Origin: Candidatus Bathyarchaeia archaeon
GTDB taxonomy: Archaea > Thermoproteota > Bathyarchaeia > Bathyarchaeales > Bathycorpusculaceae
DNA: 64,000 nt
Assembly (NCBI GenBank): GCA_038883655.1
Contig: JAVZLQ010000002.1
Span: 32,001-96,000, forward strand
Reading direction: 5' to 3'
In this document: one piece after another, positions 28,053 to 37,546 of the stretch
How positions within the stretch are numbered: the stretch's first letter is position 1
Layout: every line of letters starts with the position of its first letter
Made by a program: the position numbers and the translations under genes
The notes under the pieces: model-generated
What the model saw: the letters and a program-made list of their open reading frames with translations, nothing else
The model's database searches: none
What the model was told of the DNA's origin: nothing

Positions 28053-28400
28053 ATGCTTTTTAGCGAGTACCTTCACGAGAAAGCTGAAGAGTCAAGACAC
28101 AATGAGACTATAGGATACTTGATAATCATAATAGGCTCCGTGTTCTTCGTCGGCGGTCTAATCGAAACCGTCGTGATGGTTGAAAATCCAGAGTGGTTCC
28201 TAATAATTCCTTACCACCTGACGGCGCATCCATACAGCCTTCTTGGATTGTCGCTGACTTTAACGGGTCTTGTTTTACTTTTTCTAGGAATTGCCATCAG
28301 CATTCATTACGCCAGAGAAAGAAGCTGGTACATGAAGGAACTGCATAAAACCCATGCGGCTGAAGAGCGGAAATTGCGGTCTGAAAGAAAATCTGGTTAA
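28053..28400 (+). CDS. Uncharacterised 2-TM membrane protein (paralogue B)
   Basis: MLFSEYLHEKAEESRHNET...RSWYMKEL. Confidence 0.8.
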   Translation: MLFSEYLHEKAEESRHNETIGYLIIIIGSVFFVGGLIETVVMVENPEWFLIIPYHLTAHPYSLLGLSLTLTGLVLLFLGIAISIHYARERSWYMKELHKTHAAEERKLRSERKSG

Positions 28401-28407
28401 AGGTCTG

Positions 28408-29001
28408 TTAAAAATCAAGTATTAGACATGGCACTACGCTCATGAATGTAGGGTTCATTATTTTGGGCTTTATCAGAAGCGGGTCTACGTAGGCAATCAT
28501 TGTCTTTCCTTCCTCACTTGGCTTAATTCTCCAAAACCTCTTCAAATCCTGCTCGGCAAGCTTCCTTCTACCATCCATGTCAGAGAGTTTTGCAAGCTCG
28601 ATGGACTTCAAATAAAAGTCTGTTATGGCGTAGTTGACAAGGCGAATGTTAAACTTCAAGTCTTTATCGCTTAACTTTTCCTTCGTTTTTAGGCTGACTA
28701 CCACGGCGTTTTTGAAGGCGTTTAGGCTTTCTTCCTTCAAAATTATTAGTGGGCATATGAACTTTGAGGCTTGAAGAAGCGAATCCAAGGTTTCGTCGTC
28801 CTCGATTTTTGGCAGAACAGCTAGCTTTTTCCATTTTTGGTTAAGTTTCATCCCTAAACTTTCTGAAACGCCGATCTCCCTATACCTAAATTTTCCCTTC
28901 AACCAGTCGATTTCGACTTTTGGGTCAATATCGCACGAAAAGTAGAGGATTCCCCTCAGGTTCTTTACGAGGTATAGGTTAAGGGGTTCAGTCTCTTGCA
29001 T
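28408..29001 (-). CDS. Hypothetical protein
   Basis: 197-aa ORF with no recognised motif, co-oriented with the protease and rtcB. Confidence 0.7.
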   Translation of the reverse strand: MQETEPLNLYLVKNLRGILYFSCDIDPKVEIDWLKGKFRYREIGVSESLGMKLNQKWKKLAVLPKIEDDETLDSLLQASKFICPLIILKEESLNAFKNAVVVSLKTKEKLSDKDLKFNIRLVNYAITDFYLKSIELAKLSDMDGRRKLAEQDLKRFWRIKPSEEGKTMIAYVDPLLIKPKIMNPTFMSVVPCLILDF

Positions 29002-29020
29002 ATGAAAGCCTTTTCATATT

Positions 29021-29608
29021 CTATCTTAAAGTGTTATCGCCTTTGGCTTTGCCTTCATTCTTCAAGCGTGAAATTTCTTCAATTTCTAGTTGATGTTTTC
29101 TGCAAAGCATGTAAACGCCCCCGTAAAAGTTTTCGGGTTTACACGGCGCCTTCATTAGGCAACCCTTAACTTTGCAGTGTCCTAGTTCCAAAGCGTGTCC
29201 AATTTCATGTAGGCTTATCCCGATGCAAGCCTCAAACAAGTGTTTTTTATCAATGCTGTAGGTTGAAACTATGGAAATGCGTGGTTCTGGAGTTAACCCA
29301 ACAAGGCTTTCTCCAAGACCAAGAACGTAATGTGGCAAAATCGCAAGCAAAATCGTTCCTGGATGGACGCAAAATAACCTTTTTAACTCATCCAACAAAT
29401 CGTTGATGTAAACCATCTTTCTGCCCTTCATGAAAAACTTTGCTAACAGACTTTTTGGTTTAAGAAGGATTTGTTCAGGAAGCGTCCTATTAGCTGGAAT
29501 TTCAACAATCTCTATTTTATATATGGATTTGGCGTTTGTGCTAATGTCTTCTAAAAAGCCATAACTAAAATCGAATGTTTGAATAATCAGCTTATACATC
29601 ACTTTCAA
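29021..29608 (-). CDS. Archaemetzincin-like zinc metalloprotease (divergent)
   Basis: HEIGHALELGHC....CLM...C motif. Confidence 0.72.
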   Translation of the reverse strand: MKVMYKLIIQTFDFSYGFLEDISTNAKSIYKIEIVEIPANRTLPEQILLKPKSLLAKFFMKGRKMVYINDLLDELKRLFCVHPGTILLAILPHYVLGLGESLVGLTPEPRISIVSTYSIDKKHLFEACIGISLHEIGHALELGHCKVKGCLMKAPCKPENFYGGVYMLCRKHQLEIEEISRLKNEGKAKGDNTLR

Positions 29609-29683
29609 TGAAAATATGCGTCTTGTAGGCTTAACGCTTTTGCCTAACGTTCATTTAAGGAAATATAGGTGTAACGGGTGGCG

Positions 29684-31171
29684 TTAGCCCTTCACAACAG
29701 CTATTGGCACCATTCTGGCAACCTTTGTGGCAATCCCAACCTTGTCGCTTACATCCGCCACGATATCAACGTTTTTGTAGGCAGGGTCAGCCTCCTCAGC
29801 AAGCACCACTGAGCTTGCAGACCTAACGTATATTCCACGTTGCTCTAAGGCTTTCTTCACGTCTCCGCCCCAGAACCTCCTTTTTGCAGCGTTTCTGCTA
29901 AGCATTCTTCCAGCACCATGTGCCGTTGAACCAAAGCTTATTTGCATGGCTTTTTCCGTGCCGACCAAAAGCCAAGAGCTTGTTCCCATGCTTCCAGGTA
30001 TAAGGACTGGCTGACCAACCGCTCTATAGTCTGCTGGGATTTCTGGGTGGTTAGGTGGGAAAGCCCTTGTTGCGCCTTTTCTGTGAACCCAAACTTTCCT
30101 TTGTTCGCCATTAATGCGATGATTTTCTATTTTCGCAATGTTATGCGCCACATCGTAGATGAGTTTCAAGCCGAACCTTTCTGGGTCTTGCTTAAAAACT
30201 TGCTTGAAGCTTTGCCTAACCCAATGCATTATTGCTTGACGGTTTGCAAATGCATAATTTACGGCGCAAGCCATCGCCTTATAATAATCTTCAGCCTCGT
30301 TGCTTTTTCCTGGGGCGCATGCAAGCTCCCTATCTGGTAGGACAATCTTGTATTTGTGCACTGCCCTTTCCATAACCCGCAAATAATCAGAACATATTTG
30401 ATGCCCGTAGCCGCGGGAGCCGCAGTGAATCATTACGATTATTTGTCCTTCGCCTTCTATTCCAAAAGCCTTTGCAGTGTTGGAGTCGTAGATTCTATCA
30501 ACTTTCTGAATTTCTAGAAAGTGATTTCCAGAGCCCAAAGTGCCGATTTGGGTTAGTCCTCTGTTCTTGGCTGTTGTTGAAACCTTGTCTGGGTCCGCGT
30601 TTTTCATGCATCCTCGTTCTTCGCAGTGTTCCGCGTCCTCGTCCCATCCCAATCCTTGGTCGATTACCCATTGGACACCTTCAACAACAAGCCTATCCAA
30701 ATCGTGTTCGGTAACCCTGAAGTCTTTTCTGCGGCTTCCAAGCCCACATGGAACATTATCGAAAATCACGTTTGTCAACTCTACAAGTTTTGGTCTTAAG
30801 TCCTTTTCAAACAAGTTTGTTGTTAATAGGCGGACTCCACAGTTTATGTCGTAGCCAACTCCGCCTGGGCTGATTACGCCTTCCTCGTAGTCTGTGGCTG
30901 CAACGCCTCCTATTGGGAAGCCATATCCCTCATGTCCGTCTGGCAATGTTATTGAGTGTTTGTATATGCCTGGTAAATGGGCAACATTTACACACTGTTC
31001 AAGCGTTCTATCGGTTTGCATTTTCTCAAGCAAGTCCCTATTAGCGAATATTATTCCTGGAACTCGCATGCCCGGCTTATATTTTGGAATGCGCCATGTG
31101 TAATCGTCTATTCTTTCAAGTGGAACCTTTTCTGTTGGTGGACGTCCTTCTCCTTCTTCCATTTCCTTCAC
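29684..31171 (-). CDS. rtcB: tRNA-splicing ligase RtcB
   Basis: PDGHEGYGFPIGG, GYDINCG, GSGNHFLE, HRKGAT, STAHGAGR. Confidence 0.97.
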   Translation of the reverse strand: MKEMEEGEGRPPTEKVPLERIDDYTWRIPKYKPGMRVPGIIFANRDLLEKMQTDRTLEQCVNVAHLPGIYKHSITLPDGHEGYGFPIGGVAATDYEEGVISPGGVGYDINCGVRLLTTNLFEKDLRPKLVELTNVIFDNVPCGLGSRRKDFRVTEHDLDRLVVEGVQWVIDQGLGWDEDAEHCEERGCMKNADPDKVSTTAKNRGLTQIGTLGSGNHFLEIQKVDRIYDSNTAKAFGIEGEGQIIVMIHCGSRGYGHQICSDYLRVMERAVHKYKIVLPDRELACAPGKSNEAEDYYKAMACAVNYAFANRQAIMHWVRQSFKQVFKQDPERFGLKLIYDVAHNIAKIENHRINGEQRKVWVHRKGATRAFPPNHPEIPADYRAVGQPVLIPGSMGTSSWLLVGTEKAMQISFGSTAHGAGRMLSRNAAKRRFWGGDVKKALEQRGIYVRSASSVVLAEEADPAYKNVDIVADVSDKVGIATKVARMVPIAVVKG

Positions 31172-31230
31172 CTACCCTATGAAGTAACTTTGCTAAAATA
31201 TAAGGAATTTTGGTGTTTAAACCAAAACGT

Positions 31231-32154
31231 TCAACTAGTCGAAACCCTTTCTTTCCTAACAAAATCGATAAAGCCTTCCAAGCTTTCTTTCAATGTTGTC
31301 TCGCTTAGAATTGGGTGCGTTGTCAAGTACTTTAGCGCCCTCTTAACCGCGTCATCACGCTCAATTATACTTTCCTTAATGGCTTCTAACGTATCTCCGT
31401 TTTCCACACCTTGTCTAGCAATGCTTTCCCAAAGTCGAATTTGCCTCGCGTATGTTTGGAGTTTTTCGATAGCGTTTTCTGCCTTGCCAAAGTGGCTATA
31501 ATACAAGAATTTTGGTTTTAGGCGAATCAGCGCATTAATTGAATTTAGCGCGACGTTTAAGTAAAAAGGTGCAGGTGTTGTCGGCACGATTACGTCAAGC
31601 GTGTTTAGGTATATGCCCGCTGCGTCTCCAGTGAAAATGCCGTTGCTTAGTGGATCATAATAACATAAATGGTGTGAAGCATGTCCAAGAGTTTCGACAA
31701 TTTTGATGGCAACGTCGTTTCCAACATCAATTGTTGTGTCGTCAACTGCTGGAGTTACTCGCTCTTTTGGAACTGGTTCTGGCGCGCCGTAAATTTTCGT
31801 TATCTCTCCTAAAACTGCTTTTGATTGTTCCCAAAGCTTTTCTGGGTTGATTAAATGCGGCGCTCCCCTTGGGTGAACTATGATTTTTGCTTTTGGCAGA
31901 TGCTTTATTAACGTTCCAGCGCCTCCGCCGTGGTCTAGGTGAATGTGAGAAAGCGCAATGTAAGCCACATCTTCTGGTTTTATGCCTAACTGTTTTAGGC
32001 TTAGAAGTAAATTTGATATTGATGATGTTGGACCAGTTTCAATTATTGCTGTTTTTTCTCCCTTGAGTATGTAGCTTGCTATGAAATTTTCAATTCCAGC
32101 AGGTTCCAAATCCACCAAGTACAAGTAATCTTCCAGTCTCGTTACTCGCATCAT
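31231..32154 (-). CDS. MBL-fold metallo-hydrolase
   Basis: SHIHLDHGGG, GHASHH, FTGDAAG, YSHFG. Confidence 0.92.
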   Translation of the reverse strand: MMRVTRLEDYLYLVDLEPAGIENFIASYILKGEKTAIIETGPTSSISNLLLSLKQLGIKPEDVAYIALSHIHLDHGGGAGTLIKHLPKAKIIVHPRGAPHLINPEKLWEQSKAVLGEITKIYGAPEPVPKERVTPAVDDTTIDVGNDVAIKIVETLGHASHHLCYYDPLSNGIFTGDAAGIYLNTLDVIVPTTPAPFYLNVALNSINALIRLKPKFLYYSHFGKAENAIEKLQTYARQIRLWESIARQGVENGDTLEAIKESIIERDDAVKRALKYLTTHPILSETTLKESLEGFIDFVRKERVSTS

Positions 32155-32253
32155 GCATCACATGCGCGCTCTTAGAAACATGGTTTTCAGCGCTCGATTG
32201 TTTAAACGTTTTGCAATGAACCCTTTTAAATAAATCATAAAGCATTATCACCT

Positions 32254-32733
32254 GTGAAAGAGATGCTAATCAAAATAGTTCGAGAACTAACGCCAGAAGA
32301 GGTTAGAGAGCGAATAAAAGGTTTTGAAAAGGATTTCGGCATGAACTTTGAAAGGTTTGAAGAAGCCTTTTTCAAGAAAAAGCTGAGCGGCAAACTTGCT
32401 AAAGCCTATTTTGAATGGGCAGAACTAGTAGACAGCTATAGGGGCTATGTGGAGGAGGGACAACTCGACTATACAACTGAGGAAATTAGGGAGTTTAAGC
32501 CTGAGCAGGCAGCTTTGCTTACGCCTAAAAGGATAGAACTACTTTATCAACTCGCAGTTTTAAGGGTTGACTCGATAAACGATTTCGCCCAAAAAGTTGG
32601 ACGCAACGTGAAAAACGTTTATGAAGATTTAAAAGTCCTAAGCAAATTTGGCTTTGTCAGGTTCAGTAAGCGAAAAGGTAAAGCGCTTGTGCCAGAAACC
32701 ACAATAAAGGAGATAACGTTCTTAATACGCTAA
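32254..32733 (+). CDS. Two-domain protein with C-terminal winged HTH (antitoxin-like)
   Basis: LLTPKRIELL...SINDFAQKVGRNVKNVYEDLKVL...G; N-terminal FEKDFGMNFERF...YFEW. Confidence 0.7.
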   Translation: MKEMLIKIVRELTPEEVRERIKGFEKDFGMNFERFEEAFFKKKLSGKLAKAYFEWAELVDSYRGYVEEGQLDYTTEEIREFKPEQAALLTPKRIELLYQLAVLRVDSINDFAQKVGRNVKNVYEDLKVLSKFGFVRFSKRKGKALVPETTIKEITFLIR

Positions 32734-32738
32734 AGTTA

Positions 32739-33086
32739 TTAAACTCTAACTTCTCCATGATTCTTTTGAGTGAAATAGTCTAGGCAGCTAATTCTCTCTA
32801 AGGCTTATTGGAATTTTGATGGAACGTAAAAATAGAAGGGACAAGCAAAAATTATGCCGTCTGCAGATTTTATCTCCTCAAACAACACGTGAAAATCATC
32901 TTTAATTGCGCATTCAAAAGGCTTTATGGCGCAAAATTCGAAACAGAGCTCACAAGGCTTAATATTCAATTCCCCAATTTGAACGATTTTCGTCTCAACT
33001 GGCGAGGTGTTTTCAAGCATTTCTTTAAGAAGAAAATAAGAGTTACCGCCTTTTCTATTAGAACCGGAGACGCCTAAAATTTTCAT
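32739..33086 (-). pseudogene. Iron-sulfur flavoprotein / flavodoxin-family gene, interrupted and truncated
   Basis: MKILGVSGSNRKGGNS...CELCFEFC....EC..KDDF...ADGIIFACPFYFYVPSKFQ*ALERISCLDY...*; TAA at 32805-32807 and only about half of normal length. Confidence 0.72.
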
Positions 33087-33301
33087 GTTAACCGCCGCTG
33101 TAATTTCAATTACTTATACGCTTTAGTTTAACCTTGTGTTTATAGTGAGAACTGGCTGATGAACATCAAATTTAGCTCTTGTTACACAGATAAATTGGAT
33201 ACCCTCTCTAGAAATTTTCAAACGCTGCAAACAGCAATACTTAATTATCAATCTACTGCTCTCTTATGGAAATACAGAAGTCATGTTCAGAGTGAACGGA
33301 A

Positions 33302-33961
33302 ATGGTTAAAGTCATAATCTTCGGTGCGCCTGGTTCAGGAAAGGGCACTTATGCTTCGCGGTTGCAATCTAAACTTGGCGTTGATGTCATTGCTACTGGG
33401 GATGTTTTTAGGGAGATTATAAAGGAGGATACACCGCTAGGACATAAGGTGAAGGGCTATGTGGAGAAGGGTTTGCTTGTTCCAGACGATGTTGTAATCG
33501 AAGTTCTAAAACAGCGTATGAGGAAAATTCCAAGCGGCAAGGGCTTCATTTTGGATGGTTATCCGCGTACAATTGAGCAGGCGAAGGCGCTAGAAAAAAT
33601 TGCCAAGATAGACGTGGTAATTCGGTTGGTAGTTCCAGACTGGATAATCATTGAACGCCTTTCAGCGCGGAGGATTTGCAGAAAATGCGGAGAAGTTTAC
33701 AACTTAAGATACTTGAAGCCCAAGGTTGACATGGTATGCGACAAGTGTGGCGGAGAACTCTACCAGCGTTCTGATGACACTCCAGAAGTTATAAAGAGGC
33801 GAATTGAAGTTTATGAGCAGCAAACGAAACCAATACTTGAATATTACAGGGGGAAAGGCGTTCCATTCGTTGAGTTTAAAACGGAATCGCTTGAAATGCC
33901 TCCGGAAGTCGCCGTAGAAGAAATCATCAAAGGCTTGAAAAGGCTAAAGCTAATCGCTTAG
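33302..33961 (+). CDS. adk: Adenylate kinase (bacterial-type, Zn-lid)
   Basis: GAPGSGKGT, GFILDGYPRT, CxxC...CDKC lid, QRSDDT. Confidence 0.96.
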   Translation: MVKVIIFGAPGSGKGTYASRLQSKLGVDVIATGDVFREIIKEDTPLGHKVKGYVEKGLLVPDDVVIEVLKQRMRKIPSGKGFILDGYPRTIEQAKALEKIAKIDVVIRLVVPDWIIIERLSARRICRKCGEVYNLRYLKPKVDMVCDKCGGELYQRSDDTPEVIKRRIEVYEQQTKPILEYYRGKGVPFVEFKTESLEMPPEVAVEEIIKGLKRLKLIA

Positions 33962-33964
33962 CGT

Positions 33965-34402
33965 TTAAATGTCAAGTATAAACTTTAAGATGACCTTTCC
34001 AGGCTTTTTGATTATTTCCATCATGTGATATGTTATGGCTTTTACGCCAACCTTTTGCACATGCTTTTCTGGGCTAAATTTTTCTCCCCAAATTTCAGCT
34101 TTAAGCCTAAAACCATCTGAGGTTTCCGTTAAGTTTTGAATTTTAAATTTTGAGTAAAGCATCTCGTTTAGCTCAAATTTCACCAGCAATGCTTCAAGCC
34201 AACTGTAAAGAAGTGCTTGTTCATCATGCGCCGCAACCTCCACAAAGTCCTTAACCTTTGGATTAACACTTTTTGTATCCGTCATAACTTCAAACATGGC
34301 AAGGGCTGCGTTCTCAAAGGCTTCAGTCAAGTCCCTACCATAAGCTGCAATGTAAACGTCTGCTGTATGTTCCAGAAACTCAAAATTTTTCTGTGCGTTC
34401 AT
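33965..34402 (-). CDS. Archease
   Basis: FLEHTADV, VKAITYH, C-terminal LDI. Confidence 0.95.
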   Translation of the reverse strand: MNAQKNFEFLEHTADVYIAAYGRDLTEAFENAALAMFEVMTDTKSVNPKVKDFVEVAAHDEQALLYSWLEALLVKFELNEMLYSKFKIQNLTETSDGFRLKAEIWGEKFSPEKHVQKVGVKAITYHMMEIIKKPGKVILKFILDI

Positions 34403-34467
34403 TTCAGCATAAAAAAGTTTGTTTAAATTTAAAATGATTATGCTATTTTTCCCATAAAACGGGAAAG

Positions 34468-35511
34468 TTAGAAGTATTTTGGAATCTTTTGTATCATGGC
34501 AACTGTGAGTTTTACGGCGTTCTCCGCATCTTTCAGACTGAGTAACGATGTGGGGCTGTGTATATAGCGTGTTGGCACTGATATTACGCCGCTCGGCACA
34601 CCTTCACGAGTTAATGCAATGCGCGCTGCATCTGTTGAACCCGGCAATCCAGTTTCAAGTTGATATGGAATCTTATTTTCCTCAGCTGCATCAATAAGTA
34701 AACGTAAGACTTTTGGATGCGTAATTAAGCCCATGTCAGCAACCTCTATCGCTGGACCTTTCCTAAGCTTTATTGGCGCTTCAACCTCCTTTACGCCTGG
34801 CATGTCGCCCGCGACTGTTACATCTAACGCTATGCCCACGTCCGGATTTATTCCGAAGGCTGCGGTTGTTGCTCCCCTTAGCCCAACTTCTTCCTGTACT
34901 GTTCCAACGGCGTATACTGTGCATTCCGCGTTTTTGAGGAGCTTCATCGCTTCGACCATTACTGCGCATCCAACTCTGTCGTCGAAAGCCTTTCCAATAA
35001 CAACATCTTTGTTAACTCTTGCAAATTTTATGTCAAAAGCCACTGGGTCTCCGATTTTTACGCCTATTTTTCTGGCTTCTTCTTGACTTCCTGCACCTAT
35101 GTCTATGAAAAGTTCATCGTATGTCATGATTCTCTTTCTCTCCTCTTCCTTCTGTATGTGCGGCGGTTTTGAACCAATAATTCCGTGAAGTGGACCTTTT
35201 TCCGTGTAGACCAGAACTTTTTGGGCTAACAGTATGCGGTCGTCTATTCCACCTATCTTCGCGAACTGCAAAAATCCCTCTTTCGAAATTGTCTTTACGA
35301 GTAGGCCTATCTCGTCCATGTGGGCTGCAAGCATGACTTTGGGCGCGTTTTTCTCGCCCTTCCTTATCGCTATAACGTTTCCAAGCTTATCCTCCTTCAC
35401 CTCGTCAGCGCACTTTTCCAGCATACTCCTCATTAGTTTTCTAACTTCTTCTTCTCTTCCAGCAACTCCACATGCGTTAGAAAGTTTTTCTAGAGTTTCC
35501 GCGAGTTCCAT
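34468..35511 (-). CDS. M42-family (TET) aminopeptidase
   Basis: AAHMDEIG, KAFDDRVG, VQEEVGLRGA, STDA, RYIHSP. Confidence 0.95.
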   Translation of the reverse strand: MELAETLEKLSNACGVAGREEEVRKLMRSMLEKCADEVKEDKLGNVIAIRKGEKNAPKVMLAAHMDEIGLLVKTISKEGFLQFAKIGGIDDRILLAQKVLVYTEKGPLHGIIGSKPPHIQKEEERKRIMTYDELFIDIGAGSQEEARKIGVKIGDPVAFDIKFARVNKDVVIGKAFDDRVGCAVMVEAMKLLKNAECTVYAVGTVQEEVGLRGATTAAFGINPDVGIALDVTVAGDMPGVKEVEAPIKLRKGPAIEVADMGLITHPKVLRLLIDAAEENKIPYQLETGLPGSTDAARIALTREGVPSGVISVPTRYIHSPTSLLSLKDAENAVKLTVAMIQKIPKYF

Positions 35512-35681
35512 GTTCCTTTCGCCTCGAAAGAATAGGCTAAAATCATAAATCTTTATATTAAACAGTTGCGGTATACAAGACCGAAAATTGCATGGCTTGC
35601 ATAATTTGTGCTAGAAAAGGTGCTGAGATAATTATTGAACAAGAGTAGACTTTTAAGCGTGTTAGGAGACCGTGCGTAGAA

Positions 35682-36524
35682 TTGTCGTTTGAGATACAAG
35701 AGTTACCAGACATTATACGTGTTATTGCGCTCTTAAGCCTCGGCAAAGGAAGCCCATTAGACAAGAATTGGCTAAAACGTAGAGTAGACAAGTATTGCGC
35801 GGGCTATGTTTGTGTTGATATAAAGGATATTGAAGAAGCGTTGGATGAAATGAGCAAAGAGGGCTTACTGGTTAATGATGGCGGAATTATCAAGCCGACT
35901 GAAAAGGGTTTAAGGTTGAGTAGGGAATGGCGCAACCTGCTTTTGAAAAGGGAGCCAATTCTGGAGGTTGTTGCTGGTTTAGCAGACGGCTCAATAACAG
36001 GACTTGTGGCTGTCCTTTCAGCGTTTATAGCTAATCTTTCAACAAACATGGCGGCTTTCGCTGCGATTTTAAGCCTAGCAGCAGTTGCAATAACAAACTT
36101 TTCCAGCTTCCTTCTTGGCGGAAAAACCGAAGACCTTGCAGACTTGCTTACGCTTAAAGCGCTGATAGACCATAGCCTAAGCGACATCCCAGACAAAGTT
36201 GAGAGAGATAAATCCCTAAAACTTGTTAGGCAACTGTTCATAATCTTGCGAAAGGAAATTAATAGGTCAAACATTTACGCTGCGTTAATAGCAAGTACCA
36301 CAACATTTCTGGCGGGCATAACACCCATAGTCGCCTATTTAACGCTTCCACAATCCTTCAGCCTAATCATCTCTCTGGGAATAGTCAGCACAATAATAGG
36401 CATATTCCTCGTGCGATACCGCTCCCAAAGAACAAAAGTACACTGGAAAATAACCCTAAGCGAAACACTAGCCATAATCATAATCGCCGTCACCGCATCA
36501 CTAATACTCGGCGGAATCAAATAG
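35682..36524 (+). CDS. Winged-HTH domain fused to a VIT1/CCC1-like membrane domain
   Basis: N-terminal IEEALDEMSKEGLL......PTEKG (wHTH); GLADGSITGL...AVAITN..S......E plus about 5 TM helices. Confidence 0.6.
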   Translation: MSFEIQELPDIIRVIALLSLGKGSPLDKNWLKRRVDKYCAGYVCVDIKDIEEALDEMSKEGLLVNDGGIIKPTEKGLRLSREWRNLLLKREPILEVVAGLADGSITGLVAVLSAFIANLSTNMAAFAAILSLAAVAITNFSSFLLGGKTEDLADLLTLKALIDHSLSDIPDKVERDKSLKLVRQLFIILRKEINRSNIYAALIASTTTFLAGITPIVAYLTLPQSFSLIISLGIVSTIIGIFLVRYRSQRTKVHWKITLSETLAIIIIAVTASLILGGIK

Positions 36525-36525
36525 C

Positions 36526-36572
36526 AAAATTTTTGAGTTTAATCCACTTAAAATTTTGAGTTTAATCCACTT
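36526..36572. repeat. Tandem duplication of a 23-24-nt intergenic unit
   Basis: aaaatttttgagtttaatccactt followed by aaaattttgagtttaatccactt. Confidence 0.85.
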
Positions 36573-36584
36573 AAAAGTGGTCGA

Positions 36585-37304
36585 ATGCGAAGCTTTCAAG
36601 TAAGCCTAACGGCAATATTTGCAGCGTTGCACACCATACTATATTTTATGTCATTTGGTTTGTGGCGAAACTGGGGAATATACCTAGAATCCACGGAAGG
36701 CATAATCCTAGGCCCAAAATTGGGTTTTGCCGCAGCGCTGATAGGTTCCTTGATTGCGCGGATAATAAGGCCTGATGAGTTTTGGATGTTCGGCATAATC
36801 GCTGAACCAGTTAGCGTTCTAGCGGCTGGTTTATTGGCAAAGGCGAGATGGAAACCCGTTTTAGGTTTATATGCAGTAACTTTATTGGCGTATTTCATTC
36901 ATCCTTACGGAAACCCGTTTGGGCAAGGTCTTCCCTTGTGGACGATTCTTGATGTACTACTTGCGTTTTTACTTATTTACCCAACAGCCAAATTAGGCGG
37001 GAATTTGTTTAACATTAGTTTTGAGCGTTTACCCATTAAAATTGCATTGATTTCCTTCGTTTGCATAGCAACAGATTCACTGATTAGGATATTCCTCCTA
37101 ATCCCATGCGGGCTATACACCTTATTCACTTACTTTAGCACTTTTGAAAGCCTTTACGCTATTTTTGTTGAAGCTGCCGCTGCCTCTTATATCGAAGATT
37201 TAATCGTGGTTATCGTTTCATTTGCTGTAGGCGTACCTTTGCTGATTAGCCTTTTAAAACTTAGACTCTTGGTAAGCGAACAAAACGTGAAGCATGTGAA
37301 ATGA
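36585..37304 (+). CDS. Integral membrane protein, ECF S-component-like
   Basis: TAIFAAL...GIILGPKLGFAAALIGSLI pattern; 6-7 TM helices. Confidence 0.55.
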   Translation: MRSFQVSLTAIFAALHTILYFMSFGLWRNWGIYLESTEGIILGPKLGFAAALIGSLIARIIRPDEFWMFGIIAEPVSVLAAGLLAKARWKPVLGLYAVTLLAYFIHPYGNPFGQGLPLWTILDVLLAFLLIYPTAKLGGNLFNISFERLPIKIALISFVCIATDSLIRIFLLIPCGLYTLFTYFSTFESLYAIFVEAAAASYIEDLIVVIVSFAVGVPLLISLLKLRLLVSEQNVKHVK

Positions 37305-37309
37305 AAATT

Positions 37310-37546
37310 CTATTGTGGTGGTGGCGGTGGTGGTTGTTGCTGTTGTTGTTTTTGCAATTCAAAGTATTCTGTTATGAGCAGTACGCCTTCTATTATTAGG
37401 AATATGCCAACTATTATTCCTATTAATGCTGGTATCAATATTACTAGGATGCCGAATATTATGCAGAGAACTGCCAAAACAGGCTTTGAAACCGTAATGC
37501 CAATTTTCCTTAAGCCCTTCTCTACAACTTCAGTCACTACGCTCAC
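37310..37546 (-). CDS. Small membrane protein (DUF3096-like) with poly-Q/poly-P tail
   Basis: LCIIFGILVILIPALIGIIVGIFLIIEGVL; ends KQQQQQPPPPPPQ. Confidence 0.65.
   Translation of the reverse strand: MSVVTEVVEKGLRKIGITVSKPVLAVLCIIFGILVILIPALIGIIVGIFLIIEGVLLITEYFELQKQQQQQPPPPPPQ

Noticed and set aside
23773-28400. Integrated or invertible element bounded by the paralogous genes and tRNA-Gly
   Set aside because: No integrase or recombinase, no tRNA 3'-end duplication, and the paralogues are diverged at DNA level.
33159-33320. Short ATG-initiated ORF of about 50 codons upstream of adk
   Set aside because: No motif, overlaps the adk promoter and start; likely spurious.
36526-36572. Possible mini-CRISPR
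   Set aside because: Two abutting copies with no spacer and no cas genes.
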